A DNA stretch of 64,000 nucleotides from Candidatus Zambryskiibacteriota bacterium (lineage in GTDB: Bacteria; Patescibacteriota; Minisyncoccia; Phycocordibacterales; DATDWN01), in NCBI GenBank assembly GCA_023267045.1, contig JAHFOB010000002.1:2032-66031 (forward strand), read 5' to 3'. The position numbers and the translations under genes are program-made. The notes beneath the pieces are model-generated. The model saw nothing but the letters and a program-made list of their open reading frames with translations. It was not told where the DNA came from and searched no databases. Shown in pieces: positions 1 through 8,035 of this stretch. The first letter of the stretch is position 1. The number at the start of each line of letters is the position of its first letter.

Positions 1-981
1 TTTAGCGATGTTATCGGGCAGGATCATGTTGTAAAAGTTCTAGAAGCGGAAGCAAAATCAGGCGAGATTTCTCACGCCTACCTTTTTGCTGGAACGCGTG
101 GAACTGGCAAAACTTCTGTGGCTCGAATTTTCGCCTCGGCCATCGGCACTTCCAAAAATGATATTTACGAAATAGATGCGGCAAGTAATACGTCTGTTGA
201 AGATATTCGAACGCTGAACGACTCTGTTTTCACACTACCTTTTGAATCAAAGTACAAAGTCTATATTTTGGACGAGGTGCACATGCTTTCCAAATCTGCT
301 TCAAATGCTCTTCTCAAAACTCTAGAAGAACCACCAGCACATGTTGTATTTATTTTGGCCACAACAGAAACACACAAAATTCCAGAAACAGTTTTATCGC
401 GATGCGAGGTATATACATTCAAAAAGCCGAGTCAAGAAATATTGAAAAAAGTTGTAATAAACATAGCAAAAAATGAAGGGTACACTATCGATGATGCCTC
501 GAGCGAACTGGTTGCACTTCTAGGAGACGGTTCCTTCCGTGACACACAAGGTATGCTTCAGAAAATTTTGTCGTACAGCAAAAACAAGACCATTTCAGAA
601 GATGAAGTGCGACTTGTTACCGGTGCGCCAAGTGTGGAGTTAGTTCACAATGTTATTACAAGTATTGCCACAAAGGACATAACACTGGGCCTTTCCAGTG
701 TGAAAAAAGCAGCCAGTCAAAATGTTGACATGACGGTGTTTTTGAAACTTGTGTTACATACGGCTCGAGCGGTTTTGCTTGTTCGTTTTGGAGCAGGGAA
801 TCTAGTCAAAGATGATTTGTCGCAAAAAGAATTTGAATTTGTTGAGAAACTTTCAAAAAGTGACGGAACTTTTTCTTCTCAAACCCTAGTCAAACTTTTG
901 ACTGCATACGAACGAACAGTCGGTTCATACATTCCGCAGTTGCCACTTGAACTAGTGCTGGTAAATATTATTCAAAAGTGA
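1..981 (+). CDS. dnaX: DNA polymerase III subunit gamma/tau; the 5' end lies outside the window (frame 1 is open from nt 1)
   Basis: Translation from nt 1 begins FSDVIGQDHVVKVLEAEAKSGEISHAYLFAGTRGTGKTSVARIF, which contains the Walker A motif. It continues into track ORF 118..981 with DEVHMLS (box B) and LATTE motifs typical of clamp-loader AAA+ proteins. Confidence 0.85.
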   Translation, partial: FSDVIGQDHVVKVLEAEAKSGEISHAYLFAGTRGTGKTSVARIFASAIGTSKNDIYEIDAASNTSVEDIRTLNDSVFTLPFESKYKVYILDEVHMLSKSASNALLKTLEEPPAHVVFILATTETHKIPETVLSRCEVYTFKKPSQEILKKVVINIAKNEGYTIDDASSELVALLGDGSFRDTQGMLQKILSYSKNKTISEDEVRLVTGAPSVELVHNVITSIATKDITLGLSSVKKAASQNVDMTVFLKLVLHTARAVLLVRFGAGNLVKDDLSQKEFEFVEKLSKSDGTFSSQTLVKLLTAYERTVGSYIPQLPLELVLVNIIQK

Positions 982-1004
982 TTTAAAAAGAAAAGGAGGT
1001 CGTC

Positions 1005-1045
1005 GTCCAAACGACAACCCCCAGTTTTTACTGCCACAGTTCAGA
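1005..1045. terminator. Bidirectional intrinsic terminator between dnaX (+) and ORF 1073..1423 (-)
   Basis: GGTCGTCGT/ACGACAACC hairpin flanked by A-runs upstream and a T-run downstream. Confidence 0.45.
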
Positions 1046-1072
1046 ATCGATTTCACTCCTAACCGATTCTGC

Positions 1073-1423
1073 CTAAGGCACTTTTTGCCGGTCTTTCGTC
1101 TCCACTTCAGTGTACTTTCTCGTGGCTTGACCACAGATCGATTTTGTAAGCCAAAGCAGAAGTTCCACCAAGATCAGATCCCTTTCTTCCACTGATCTGG
1201 CAAATTCCGAAAGTTCTACCAGAGTTTCTTTCAGAAATCTGACTTCAGGAGCATGTTCGTTGACCGGTAGATGTTTGTCTTGCAGGAAAATGAGCAGTGC
1301 TCTGATCAGAGCATAATCAAACTCACTTTCACCATGGATTTCCTCAAGCCCCACTACTTTTGAGTTCAAGGAATCAAGTACGTCATCTCTTTTTGAATTT
1401 CGCTTGATCTGATCTTCATTCAT
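1073..1423 (-). CDS. hypothetical protein (116 aa)
   Basis: ORF with terminator hairpins on both sides; no recognisable family. Confidence 0.4.
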   Translation of the reverse strand: MNEDQIKRNSKRDDVLDSLNSKVVGLEEIHGESEFDYALIRALLIFLQDKHLPVNEHAPEVRFLKETLVELSEFARSVEERDLILVELLLWLTKSICGQATRKYTEVETKDRQKVP

Positions 1424-1486
1424 CTCTGCCTCCGAGTGGAATAGTAATGAAATACTATAAGTAAGTCAATCAGAATTAGAAGACAA

Positions 1487-1530
1487 AAGAAAAGGAGGCT
1501 ATCGTTTGCGCGATAACCTCCTGGTGTTTA
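1487..1530 (-). terminator. Intrinsic terminator for ORF 1528..1953
   Basis: AGGAGGCTATCG...CGATAACCTCCT 12-bp stem followed on the minus strand by TTTTCTTTTG. Confidence 0.5.
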
Positions 1531-1953
1531 TTTGATGAAGTCGCTTGTCCTTCCTCGGGCTCTGTGATGAGCCTGACTGCGAAGGGATACTCGAGATTGA
1601 TTTTCTCGCAACAGTCCCCACGATATCTGCTTTCCATGCAATGCTCTGATGTGTGTATCATTTTCACGAGACGATACAAGCTTGTGTTTTGAGCATCTCC
1701 CTTTGATTCCGAGGTAGTAAATCGCTTTTTTACCACAGATTTCGCAGGTATTGACTAACTCTGGCAAAGCAACTGATAGAGATATTCGGGAGAGTCGACC
1801 AGCCTTGACCTCCAAGATCATGTTGGCGGCGTCTGCTTTTTCTTTACTTTTTTCTCGCCGTCTAGCTTTCACTATTTCCAGAACCTCAACTATCTGGTCA
1901 TCAGTCCACGGGATTTCTCTGCGCCAGAGAAAATAGCTGATTCGGTTTCCCAT
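1528..1953 (-). CDS. hypothetical protein (141 aa) with a CxxC...CxxH stretch
   Basis: ORF immediately followed by the minus-strand terminator; basic protein with CEICGKK...CSKH. Confidence 0.4.
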   Translation of the reverse strand: MGNRISYFLWRREIPWTDDQIVEVLEIVKARRREKSKEKADAANMILEVKAGRLSRISLSVALPELVNTCEICGKKAIYYLGIKGRCSKHKLVSSRENDTHIRALHGKQISWGLLRENQSRVSLRSQAHHRARGRTSDFIK

Positions 1954-2131
1954 TTTTACCTCATTCCATTGAAGGAACTTTTCTAAATTACAATATAATA
2001 AATGAGAAGGTTAGTCAATCTAAATATTTTCCTATCCTTCATCATCTCAACTACAATGGCAAAAAGTTAAAAAAAGCTAGTGTAACTATAAATTTAACCA
2101 TGAATCACAAAATAATTACGAGATTAATTAC

Positions 2132-2165
2132 ACACCTAATTTGTCTTATAGGACAAATTAGGTGT
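2132..2165. promoter_or_regulatory. Perfect 14-bp inverted repeat, operator-like, upstream of the PaaX/Cas2-like gene
   Basis: ACACCTAATTTGTC-ttatag-GACAAATTAGGTGT, ending 12 nt before the ATG at 2178 and overlapping the probable -10 region TATATGATAAAG. Confidence 0.5.
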
Positions 2166-2177
2166 ATATGATAAAGT

Positions 2178-2759
2178 GTGAATATGGTTAATCTGGAAAA
2201 AGAATCTAGTAAAAGAAGATCGAGAAATAACATGCAGAAAGCTATACTGGCTTCCGTAAAAATAGCGGGACTTTTGAGTTTCGCGGTTGTTGCACCAAAT
2301 TCAATTAAATATTTAAAATCATTCGGCGTAATTCCAGGCAAAAGACAAAAAGAAATTATGGCAAGATCTAGAGACCGTTTAATTCAAAATGGTTTATTAA
2401 AATATAAAAACGGATTCATAAGATTGACAGAAAAAGGACAAAAAAGATTAGATTCATTAGAAATTAAAAGTTGGAAATTTGATAAACCAAAGAAATGGGA
2501 CAGTAGATGGCGCATGCTTATATTTGATATACCAGAAAAAAGAAGATCGCTTCGTGCTAAAATTCGTCTGACACTTTTAGGTGTCGGATTTTCTAGACTT
2601 CAAGACAGTGTTTGGATTTATCCGTATGATTGTGAGGATTTCATCACTTTATTAAAAGCGGATTTCAGAGTAGGTAAAGACCTTCTGTACATTATTGTTG
2701 ATTCTATTGAAAACGACAAGAATCTTAGGAAATTATTTGGTTTACCATTGGAAAAATAA
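2178..2759 (+). CDS. PaaX-like transcriptional regulator with a Cas2-like C-terminal fold
   Basis: C-terminal RWRMLIFDIPEKRRSLRAKIRLTLLGVGFSRLQDSVWIYP matches the Cas2/PaaX-C pattern (YDV...RR...L...G.R.Q.SVF). N-terminal part is basic with a wHTH-like/hydrophobic segment. No CRISPR array nearby. Confidence 0.5.
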   Translation: MNMVNLEKESSKRRSRNNMQKAILASVKIAGLLSFAVVAPNSIKYLKSFGVIPGKRQKEIMARSRDRLIQNGLLKYKNGFIRLTEKGQKRLDSLEIKSWKFDKPKKWDSRWRMLIFDIPEKRRSLRAKIRLTLLGVGFSRLQDSVWIYPYDCEDFITLLKADFRVGKDLLYIIVDSIENDKNLRKLFGLPLEK

Positions 2760-2899
2760 ATAAGTACTACATACACTTAACCAATCCTATAGGGTTATTT
2801 AAGTGTGTAATGATATAGAGTATTAATTTTATTAACTGACAGAGAAGACGACTGGTGAAAAGTCAGAAAAAGTGTTAATATAATTTGCGTTTACTGTAT

Positions 2900-2970
2900 T
2901 GGGAGATCGTCTAACGGTAGGACAGGAGCCTTTGAAGCTTCTAATCTAGGTCCGATTCCTAGTCTCCCAG
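2900..2970 (+). tRNA. tRNA-Gln (anticodon UUG)
   Basis: Hand-folded cloverleaf: acceptor TGGGAGA/TCTCCCA, D-arm GTCT-AACGGTA-GGAC, anticodon stem GGAGC/GCTTC with loop CTTTGAA (UUG), T-arm CTAGG-TCCGATT-CCTAG, discriminator G. Followed by hairpin CTTCGATTTT...AAAATCGAAG. Confidence 0.8.
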
Positions 2971-3172
2971 CACTTCGATTTTAATGAAATGAAAATCGAA
3001 GTCACTGAGGAGTGAAACGACGAAGTGTCTCTTACATTTTACATTTCAATTCGTGTTAAAATCTCAGTGTCTTCGACCAAGCCCATGTCTTATTTCACCT
3101 ACATTCTCCAATGTTCTGATAAATCTTTTTATGTTGATTGCATAAATAGTTTTGTTCAAGGTTTCGCCTTGA

Positions 3173-3436
3173 ACAAAATTTAGTAAGGTTGATCAAGATG
3201 TTTGGGATAGCATTGAAGCTGTCAGAACGGTTGGTAATATTGGAGCACACATGGAAAAGGATATAAACATCATTGTTGATGTTGAGCCAGAAGAAGCGCA
3301 GTTACTTATCAGTCTAATCGAACAATTGATAGATGAGTGGTATGTTACTCGTAATGCACGTAAAGAAAGAACTGCAAGTTTGAAAAATCTTGTAGAAATT
3401 AAAAAGAATCAAACAACTATTGAAGCTGGGGAATAA
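3173..3436 (+). pseudogene. Truncated C-terminal remnant of a DUF4145-like protein
   Basis: Frame open from the stop at 3170-3172: TKFSKVDQDVWDSIEAVRTVGNIGAHMEKDINIIVDVEPEEAQLLISLIEQLIDEWY. There is no start codon before 3251. Sits downstream of tRNA-Gln. Confidence 0.4.
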
Positions 3437-3506
3437 GCTATACTTAGAGCCATAGCTGTTCCTATATCCAACCAAACTGTCAGCAATGTGAATAAAGAAT
3501 ACTCTC

Positions 3507-3836
3507 ATGTCCACCTCACCAGAAACAATTGAATTTATTTTAGAAAAACTAAATGATTATGATAGATTTTCTACCAGATCAATGTTTGGTGAGTATGCTC
3601 TGTACGCAGATGGAAAAGTTGTCGGCCTTGTTTGCGATGACCTTTTGTATGTAAAAATACTTCCCGAGAGTCACGAGCTTGAAAGTTTGTGTGAGAAAGG
3701 GGAACCGTATCCAAAAGCAAAACTATGGTATGTAGTTGAAGAAGATCAGCTGTCTAAAATAGAGAATTTGCCGGATATTCTATTTGCCGTCGCAGACTCT
3801 CTTCCAGCAAAGAAAAAGAAAACGAAGAAGAAATAA
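3507..3836 (+). CDS. TfoX N-terminal domain protein
   Basis: RSMFGEYALYADGKVVGLVCDDLLYVK matches the TfoX_N core (MFGGYGLY.DGKMFALI.DD.LYLK). Confidence 0.6.
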   Translation: MSTSPETIEFILEKLNDYDRFSTRSMFGEYALYADGKVVGLVCDDLLYVKILPESHELESLCEKGEPYPKAKLWYVVEEDQLSKIENLPDILFAVADSLPAKKKKTKKK

Positions 3837-3855
3837 CTTTGGTATAATCATTTTT

Positions 3856-4638
3856 ATGAAAATTCTTTCTCTGAATACCTGGGGAGCGAGAGCAGGGCAT
3901 GCTGATTTTTTGAATTTTATAAAAAGGCAGAGTAATTCGATTGACGTTTTTTGCTTTCAAGAGATTTGGCATGTAGATTCAGAAAATTTTGAGCATGCAA
4001 AACTTCAAATTGAAGATGCCGTAGCTGGTGGGGTTGTATTAAAAAATATGATGAAAGATTTATTTCCTCAAATTAGCAAAGTCCTTACTGATTACAAAGG
4101 ATTTTTCCGTCCCCACTATGGAACTCACTACGGACTAGCGATATTTGTCAAAAAAGATTTAGATTTAATAGAAGAAGGAGATATTTTTGTATTTAAGGAT
4201 CGAGATTTTGTTCCGACAGGCGATGTAGGTAATCACGCAAGAAATGTTCAATACGCGTGTATACAAACAGAAAAAGGTTTACAAACAATAGTTAATTTCC
4301 ATGGATTATGGAATGGCAAGGGTAAAACAGATACGGAAGATAGACTACTCCAGTCAGATAATATTATTAAATTTCTCAAAACCATAAAAAATCCCTTCAT
4401 TTTGGTTGGGGATTTTAATTTACTGCCAGATACAGAAAGTTTGAAAAAATTTGAAGAGTTTGGTTTGAGAAATCTCATAAAAGAAAATAACATAACTTCA
4501 ACACGAACAAGTTTATATAAAAAAGAACACAAATTTGCTGACTACGTTTTTGTCAGCAAAGGGATTGAAGTAAAAGATTTTAAAATTTTACCAGATGAGA
4601 TTTCGGATCATAATCCAATATTTTTAGAGATAAAATAA
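3856..4638 (+). CDS. Endonuclease/exonuclease/phosphatase (EEP) family protein
   Basis: LSLNTWG...FCFQEIW...VGDFNLLPDTES...SDHNPIFLEI are DNase I-like EEP motifs. The in-frame ATG at 3856 is preferred over the track start 3784, which overlaps the upstream gene. Extended -10 TGGTATAAT lies at 3839-3847. Confidence 0.75.
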   Translation: MKILSLNTWGARAGHADFLNFIKRQSNSIDVFCFQEIWHVDSENFEHAKLQIEDAVAGGVVLKNMMKDLFPQISKVLTDYKGFFRPHYGTHYGLAIFVKKDLDLIEEGDIFVFKDRDFVPTGDVGNHARNVQYACIQTEKGLQTIVNFHGLWNGKGKTDTEDRLLQSDNIIKFLKTIKNPFILVGDFNLLPDTESLKKFEEFGLRNLIKENNITSTRTSLYKKEHKFADYVFVSKGIEVKDFKILPDEISDHNPIFLEIK

Positions 4639-4696
4639 ATCTCACTCTTGTCTTTATTACACAATTGAGCTAAATTGGTTTGAGAAGGAGATATAT

Positions 4697-5056
4697 ATGT
4701 CAATTCCACTTCCAATGCCAAAGAGGGTTCCGGAAACTGGCCTCTACTACCACTACAAGCATGACCCAACTGGCACAGTCAACAACTACGCCTATGAAGT
4801 AGTCGGAGTTGGTTTTCACACAGAGGATAACTGTCGTCCTGGGGAACGGCATTTTCTGGTCTATCGTCCCTTGTACGAATCCAGGGAATATCGATTTTCA
4901 AAGTACGGAGGAATCCCTTGTTTTTACAGTAGGCCACTTGCAATGTGGATGGGAGAAGTGGAAAAGGACGGACAAGTTGTTCCGCGCTTCCAGAAAATCA
5001 CTGACCCAAAGGTTATCCGGAAACTGAAAAGAATCCGGAACAAGATGTACCCATGA
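4697..5056 (+). CDS. DUF1653 domain protein
   Basis: GLYYHYKHDPTGTVNNYAYEVVGVGFHTE resembles the DUF1653 core (YrHYKG..Y.V). Strong SD GAGAAGGAGATATATATG. Confidence 0.55.
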   Translation: MSIPLPMPKRVPETGLYYHYKHDPTGTVNNYAYEVVGVGFHTEDNCRPGERHFLVYRPLYESREYRFSKYGGIPCFYSRPLAMWMGEVEKDGQVVPRFQKITDPKVIRKLKRIRNKMYP

Positions 5057-5062
5057 CCGCCC

Positions 5063-5096
5063 AAGAGCCACCGTGCTTTTGGGTGGCTTTTGTTTA
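5063..5096 (+). terminator. Intrinsic terminator
   Basis: AGCCACC-gtgcttttg-GGTGGCT followed by TTTTGTTT. Confidence 0.5.
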
Positions 5097-5148
5097 TAAA
5101 ATAAAAGAGGATATCAACAGTTTATACACTTATCCACATCTAGAACAT

Positions 5149-5176
5149 TTGACATAAAATTTTTAGGGTATATACT
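5149..5176 (+). promoter_or_regulatory. Sigma70-like promoter (TTGACA, 16 bp, TATACT)
   Basis: TTGACAtaaaatttttagggtaTATACT. No ORF lies downstream. Confidence 0.35.
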
Positions 5177-5182
5177 CTTCGT

Positions 5183-5711
5183 CAGAGAGTTCGAAGGGTA
5201 CTAAAGGCTGTACTGGATTAGAGGATGAGAAGGAATATCTTATTCTTGGGTTAAAAGCCAATAATTCAGTGGGAGAGAAATCTTCCTTCAAAAGGTTCGC
5301 TGAAAGGCGGATCCCAAATACGAACAGTCATACGTATCATTGACCGACCTAATAATTGTGCAGGCAGGGGCAATCTCCGAATCCAAAGAGATTCTTGTCG
5401 GCACAAATGTCGTCTGGTGACGCGGGTAAGGATAAATCGCGTTAGGTTCAAAGCCACCAGAAGGCTAGGGAAGTTGATTCCACATCCTTGGATTACCGAA
5501 GGCGAATTCAATCGTCGAGGTAAAAATGGGTATCTGTGGGTGTTTAACAGAACAGCCACGTAGGTGCGACTGCATCAGGAAGATGGGGAAACTCACACAA
5601 TTTAGGTATGAAAGGTCTAACGACTGATCTGCCCAAATTGGGTGTATAACCCACTTCCTGATCTGAGCTAAGATCTGCGCACTCCGCGACGAAAAATCCG
5701 GGGTGTTTTTT
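5183..5711 (+). ncRNA. Candidate structured ncRNA; RNase P RNA is the leading hypothesis, identity not established
   Basis: About 530 nt with no credible ORF, visibly GC-richer than the flanks, between a consensus promoter and an intrinsic terminator.
- Many stable hairpins: TCTGGTG[ACGCG-GGTAAGGATAAAT-CGCGT...]CACCAGA; GAAGGAA...TTCCTTC; AATCTC...GAGATT.
- RNase P-like motifs: AAAG-GCUGU (5207) can pair with ACAGAA-CAGCC (5546), as in P4/J18-2.
- GGUG...CCACC-AGAAGGCUAGGGAAG resembles the P11/J11-12 consensus (CCACC.GGAGCAAGGCCAAAUAGG). Confidence 0.35.
5677..5711 (+). terminator. Intrinsic terminator (plus-strand)
   Basis: CACTCCG-cgacgaaaaatc-CGGGGTG, 7 bp including a G-U pair, followed by TTTTTT. 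Confidence 0.55.
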
Positions 5712-5727
5712 GTATCAGTTTATTTTT

Positions 5728-6627
5728 TTACTTAAAAAATTCCATAAATTTCATCGGGTCGATTGAGACTCCGTTTAGTCTGATACTCAAATGCAGATGT
5801 GGAGCGTCTGTGTAGCCAGTTTGACCAGAAAGTCCGATAATTTGCCCCGGTAAAACAAGTTCACCAACATTTACTTTTATTTTGGAGAGATGAAGGTAGA
5901 ACGTTTGCAATCCCAATCCGTGGTCGACAACGATCGTTTTGCCATAAGAAATACCAGTCCGAGCAATCCGAACAACTCCACGATTCATGGCCATGACAGG
6001 AGTGCCTTCGCTCGCTCTGAAGTCCGTGCCTTTGTGTGGGATAGTATATGCGCCAGTTTCGCGAGAATATCCATATGGGTCCGTCACGAAAATTTGTGAA
6101 AGAGGGAAGTGAAATGATTCTGTCCAAAAAGCTTTTTTGCCAGTGTACAGGTTGTTCAGTGTCGAATTTTCCGTCGCCAACACTGCGATCAAATTATTCT
6201 GACTTGCAGTTGTATTTCCGCCAAGTTTTTCTGGTATGCCGAGTGGTTCCTCGACTTTTTCTCTTTCTAAAACGGTAATAACTTTTTCTAGCGTTTGTCC
6301 GTTTGTTAATTTTACCTTCAGATTATAGTTCCCGGGTTTTTTACGAAGATCAACACCAATAAAAGCTGTGACTTTTTTGCCTGCCCCGTTGGAAGCTTGC
6401 TTTCCTTCGGGGCTGTACAAAAACACTGGCACATGAATGCCATCAAAAGTTATTTCTTTCACTTCAGAAATCTTTGTTAATCCAACCACGGTAATCATCA
6501 CAGGATCACCCCGCTGTATTTTTTCAGGAAAAGTAATCAGTGTAGGAGAAACAGCCCAAGTTATATTTGGGGTTAAAAAAGTTATACAAAATATCAAAAC
6601 AAAACCAAGCTTGAGCACTTTATTCAT
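5728..6627 (-). CDS. M23 family metallopeptidase (LytM-like) with a signal peptide
   Basis: HKGTDF...HxxxD and YLHLSKI...HLHLSI (HxH) motifs; N-terminal hydrophobic signal. Confidence 0.85.
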   Translation of the reverse strand: MNKVLKLGFVLIFCITFLTPNITWAVSPTLITFPEKIQRGDPVMITVVGLTKISEVKEITFDGIHVPVFLYSPEGKQASNGAGKKVTAFIGVDLRKKPGNYNLKVKLTNGQTLEKVITVLEREKVEEPLGIPEKLGGNTTASQNNLIAVLATENSTLNNLYTGKKAFWTESFHFPLSQIFVTDPYGYSRETGAYTIPHKGTDFRASEGTPVMAMNRGVVRIARTGISYGKTIVVDHGLGLQTFYLHLSKIKVNVGELVLPGQIIGLSGQTGYTDAPHLHLSIRLNGVSIDPMKFMEFFK

Positions 6628-6650
6628 GTCCCAATTGTACTACTTTTTGC

Positions 6651-7214
6651 TCAACTACTCTTTTTTCGCAAAATAAAAACAGTCATAGTTGTATTTGCCA
6701 TAATCATAACTATTGAATGTAGAGTTGTAGCGATGTTATATGTCTGCAGAGAAAAAAGAGCCAGAGCGTGACGTAGGACGTTTGTGCCGTAAAGCAGAGG
6801 AGTTTCAGTTTTTGGTTTGAGCCATGTTTTGCGCAAAGTCGGGATGAAAGCGATGAGATCAATCGATACGGCGATGATGACTGAAATAGTCGGGTCTTTT
6901 GTTAGTATCCAAGGAATAAGACCTAGCAGGGCAACGACTAGGAAAAATGTGTCGATTTTTTTAACATGCTTAAATCCATTTGGCAGGGAAAAGAAAAATA
7001 TAATAATAGTAAAAATTTCCGAGGCTCCAGTTGGTAGTGCACCGATGCCAGCGCCTTTTGACAACTGTCCGAAAAAAACAATACACGAAACAATGCTCCA
7101 AACGAACCATGTATATGCGTGCGGTTCTACTTTTCGTTTTATGACATCCCAGAGGTAAGGCAGATTTCCTACAACCGCAAGTATCGCAGCAATTATAGCG
7201 ATGTTTTCTTTCAT
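6651..7214 (-). CDS. polytopic membrane protein, function unknown
   Basis: Multiple hydrophobic segments. Confidence 0.5.
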   Translation of the reverse strand: MKENIAIIAAILAVVGNLPYLWDVIKRKVEPHAYTWFVWSIVSCIVFFGQLSKGAGIGALPTGASEIFTIIIFFFSLPNGFKHVKKIDTFFLVVALLGLIPWILTKDPTISVIIAVSIDLIAFIPTLRKTWLKPKTETPLLYGTNVLRHALALFSLQTYNIATTLHSIVMIMANTTMTVFILRKKSS

Positions 7215-7216
7215 GA

Positions 7217-7588
7217 CTAAAGAAAGTTTCGAACTTTTATTATTTGGTACAGATTAAATGTAACTCCAGAATTGACTACCAAAGCTCCCCAGACCAGAGA
7301 CCAGTCTTTATAATGAATACCTTTTACAAACAAGACGCATTGAATAAAAAAGACGGCGATGGGTAGGAAAACTGATACATTTTTGGCACTTTTTGAAGCG
7401 TGGACCAGCGAGCCCTGATTATAATAACCCAGCGAGACCACTAGCCATCCACAAGCTAGAATAATGCTCCAGATTGTTTGAGTATTCCAAAATCCTTGTC
7501 TGTCTAAAAGATAGTTATAAACAAAATAAGTCGGTACAAGAACAAGCGCGGCAGTAAGAAGTATTTCTAGAAATATTTTTTTACTCAT
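7217..7588 (-). CDS. small polytopic membrane protein, function unknown
   Basis: Four hydrophobic segments; adjacent to and co-oriented with 6651..7214. Confidence 0.5.
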   Translation of the reverse strand: MSKKIFLEILLTAALVLVPTYFVYNYLLDRQGFWNTQTIWSIILACGWLVVSLGYYNQGSLVHASKSAKNVSVFLPIAVFFIQCVLFVKGIHYKDWSLVWGALVVNSGVTFNLYQIIKVRNFL

Positions 7589-7841
7589 TACTAATTAAAT
7601 TACACTATAATTATAACACGTATGTATCTTCTAGACCAAAACTGCTCTTGGCAGTATACTTATGAAATATTGGTATTACTTTATAAATATAAAAAATGAC
7701 TATACAATGGAACAAAGTTACTTGGTATTCAAAACTAGTGGCAGTTATACTTTTTCTTCTTGTTTTTCTGGTGGCTTTTAAACTGGGCTATGGCTATGGT
7801 CAACTAAAAGGGTTATAATTATAAAAATTAATAACAAAAAC

Positions 7842-8030
7842 ATGCCACAAACAAAAATAGTAACAGGGATAGTTGTAGTGATAGCAGTTGCAGTTATTGC
7901 TTACTTTGGTTTTTATAGGTCTACCCCTTCAAACAGTGGGGAAGTTAAAGGAGAAACAACAAGTCAGGGCACAACTGGTCAAACGACAGACAATACAGCA
8001 CTCGGTGAGATGGGTGAACAGGCAAACTAA
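7842..8030 (+). CDS. small membrane-anchored protein (62 aa)
   Basis: N-terminal TM segment followed by a Thr/Gly-rich tail. Confidence 0.35.
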   Translation: MPQTKIVTGIVVVIAVAVIAYFGFYRSTPSNSGEVKGETTSQGTTGQTTDNTALGEMGEQAN

Positions 8031-8035
8031 TCAAG

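Noticed and set aside
3784-3855. Track start sites with long N-terminal extensions (3784 for the EEP gene, 36637 for uvrB, 38925 for uvrA, 8945, 11543, 59390, 61155)
   Set aside because: The extensions overlap upstream genes, terminators or repeat elements and lack SD/-10 support. Internal ATGs that restore canonical N-termini were preferred.
5266-5559. 97-aa minus-strand ORF inside the GC-rich intergenic region
   Set aside because: Low-complexity, Arg/Leu-rich translation typical of a GC-rich non-coding frame; it lies inside the promoter-to-terminator unit interpreted as ncRNA.
5183-5711. tmRNA assignment for the first ncRNA candidate
   Set aside because: No tRNA-like 3' end (T-arm plus CCA-proximal acceptor), no GGGG...UUCGAC 5' motif, and no tag-peptide reading frame ending in ...AA-stop on either strand.
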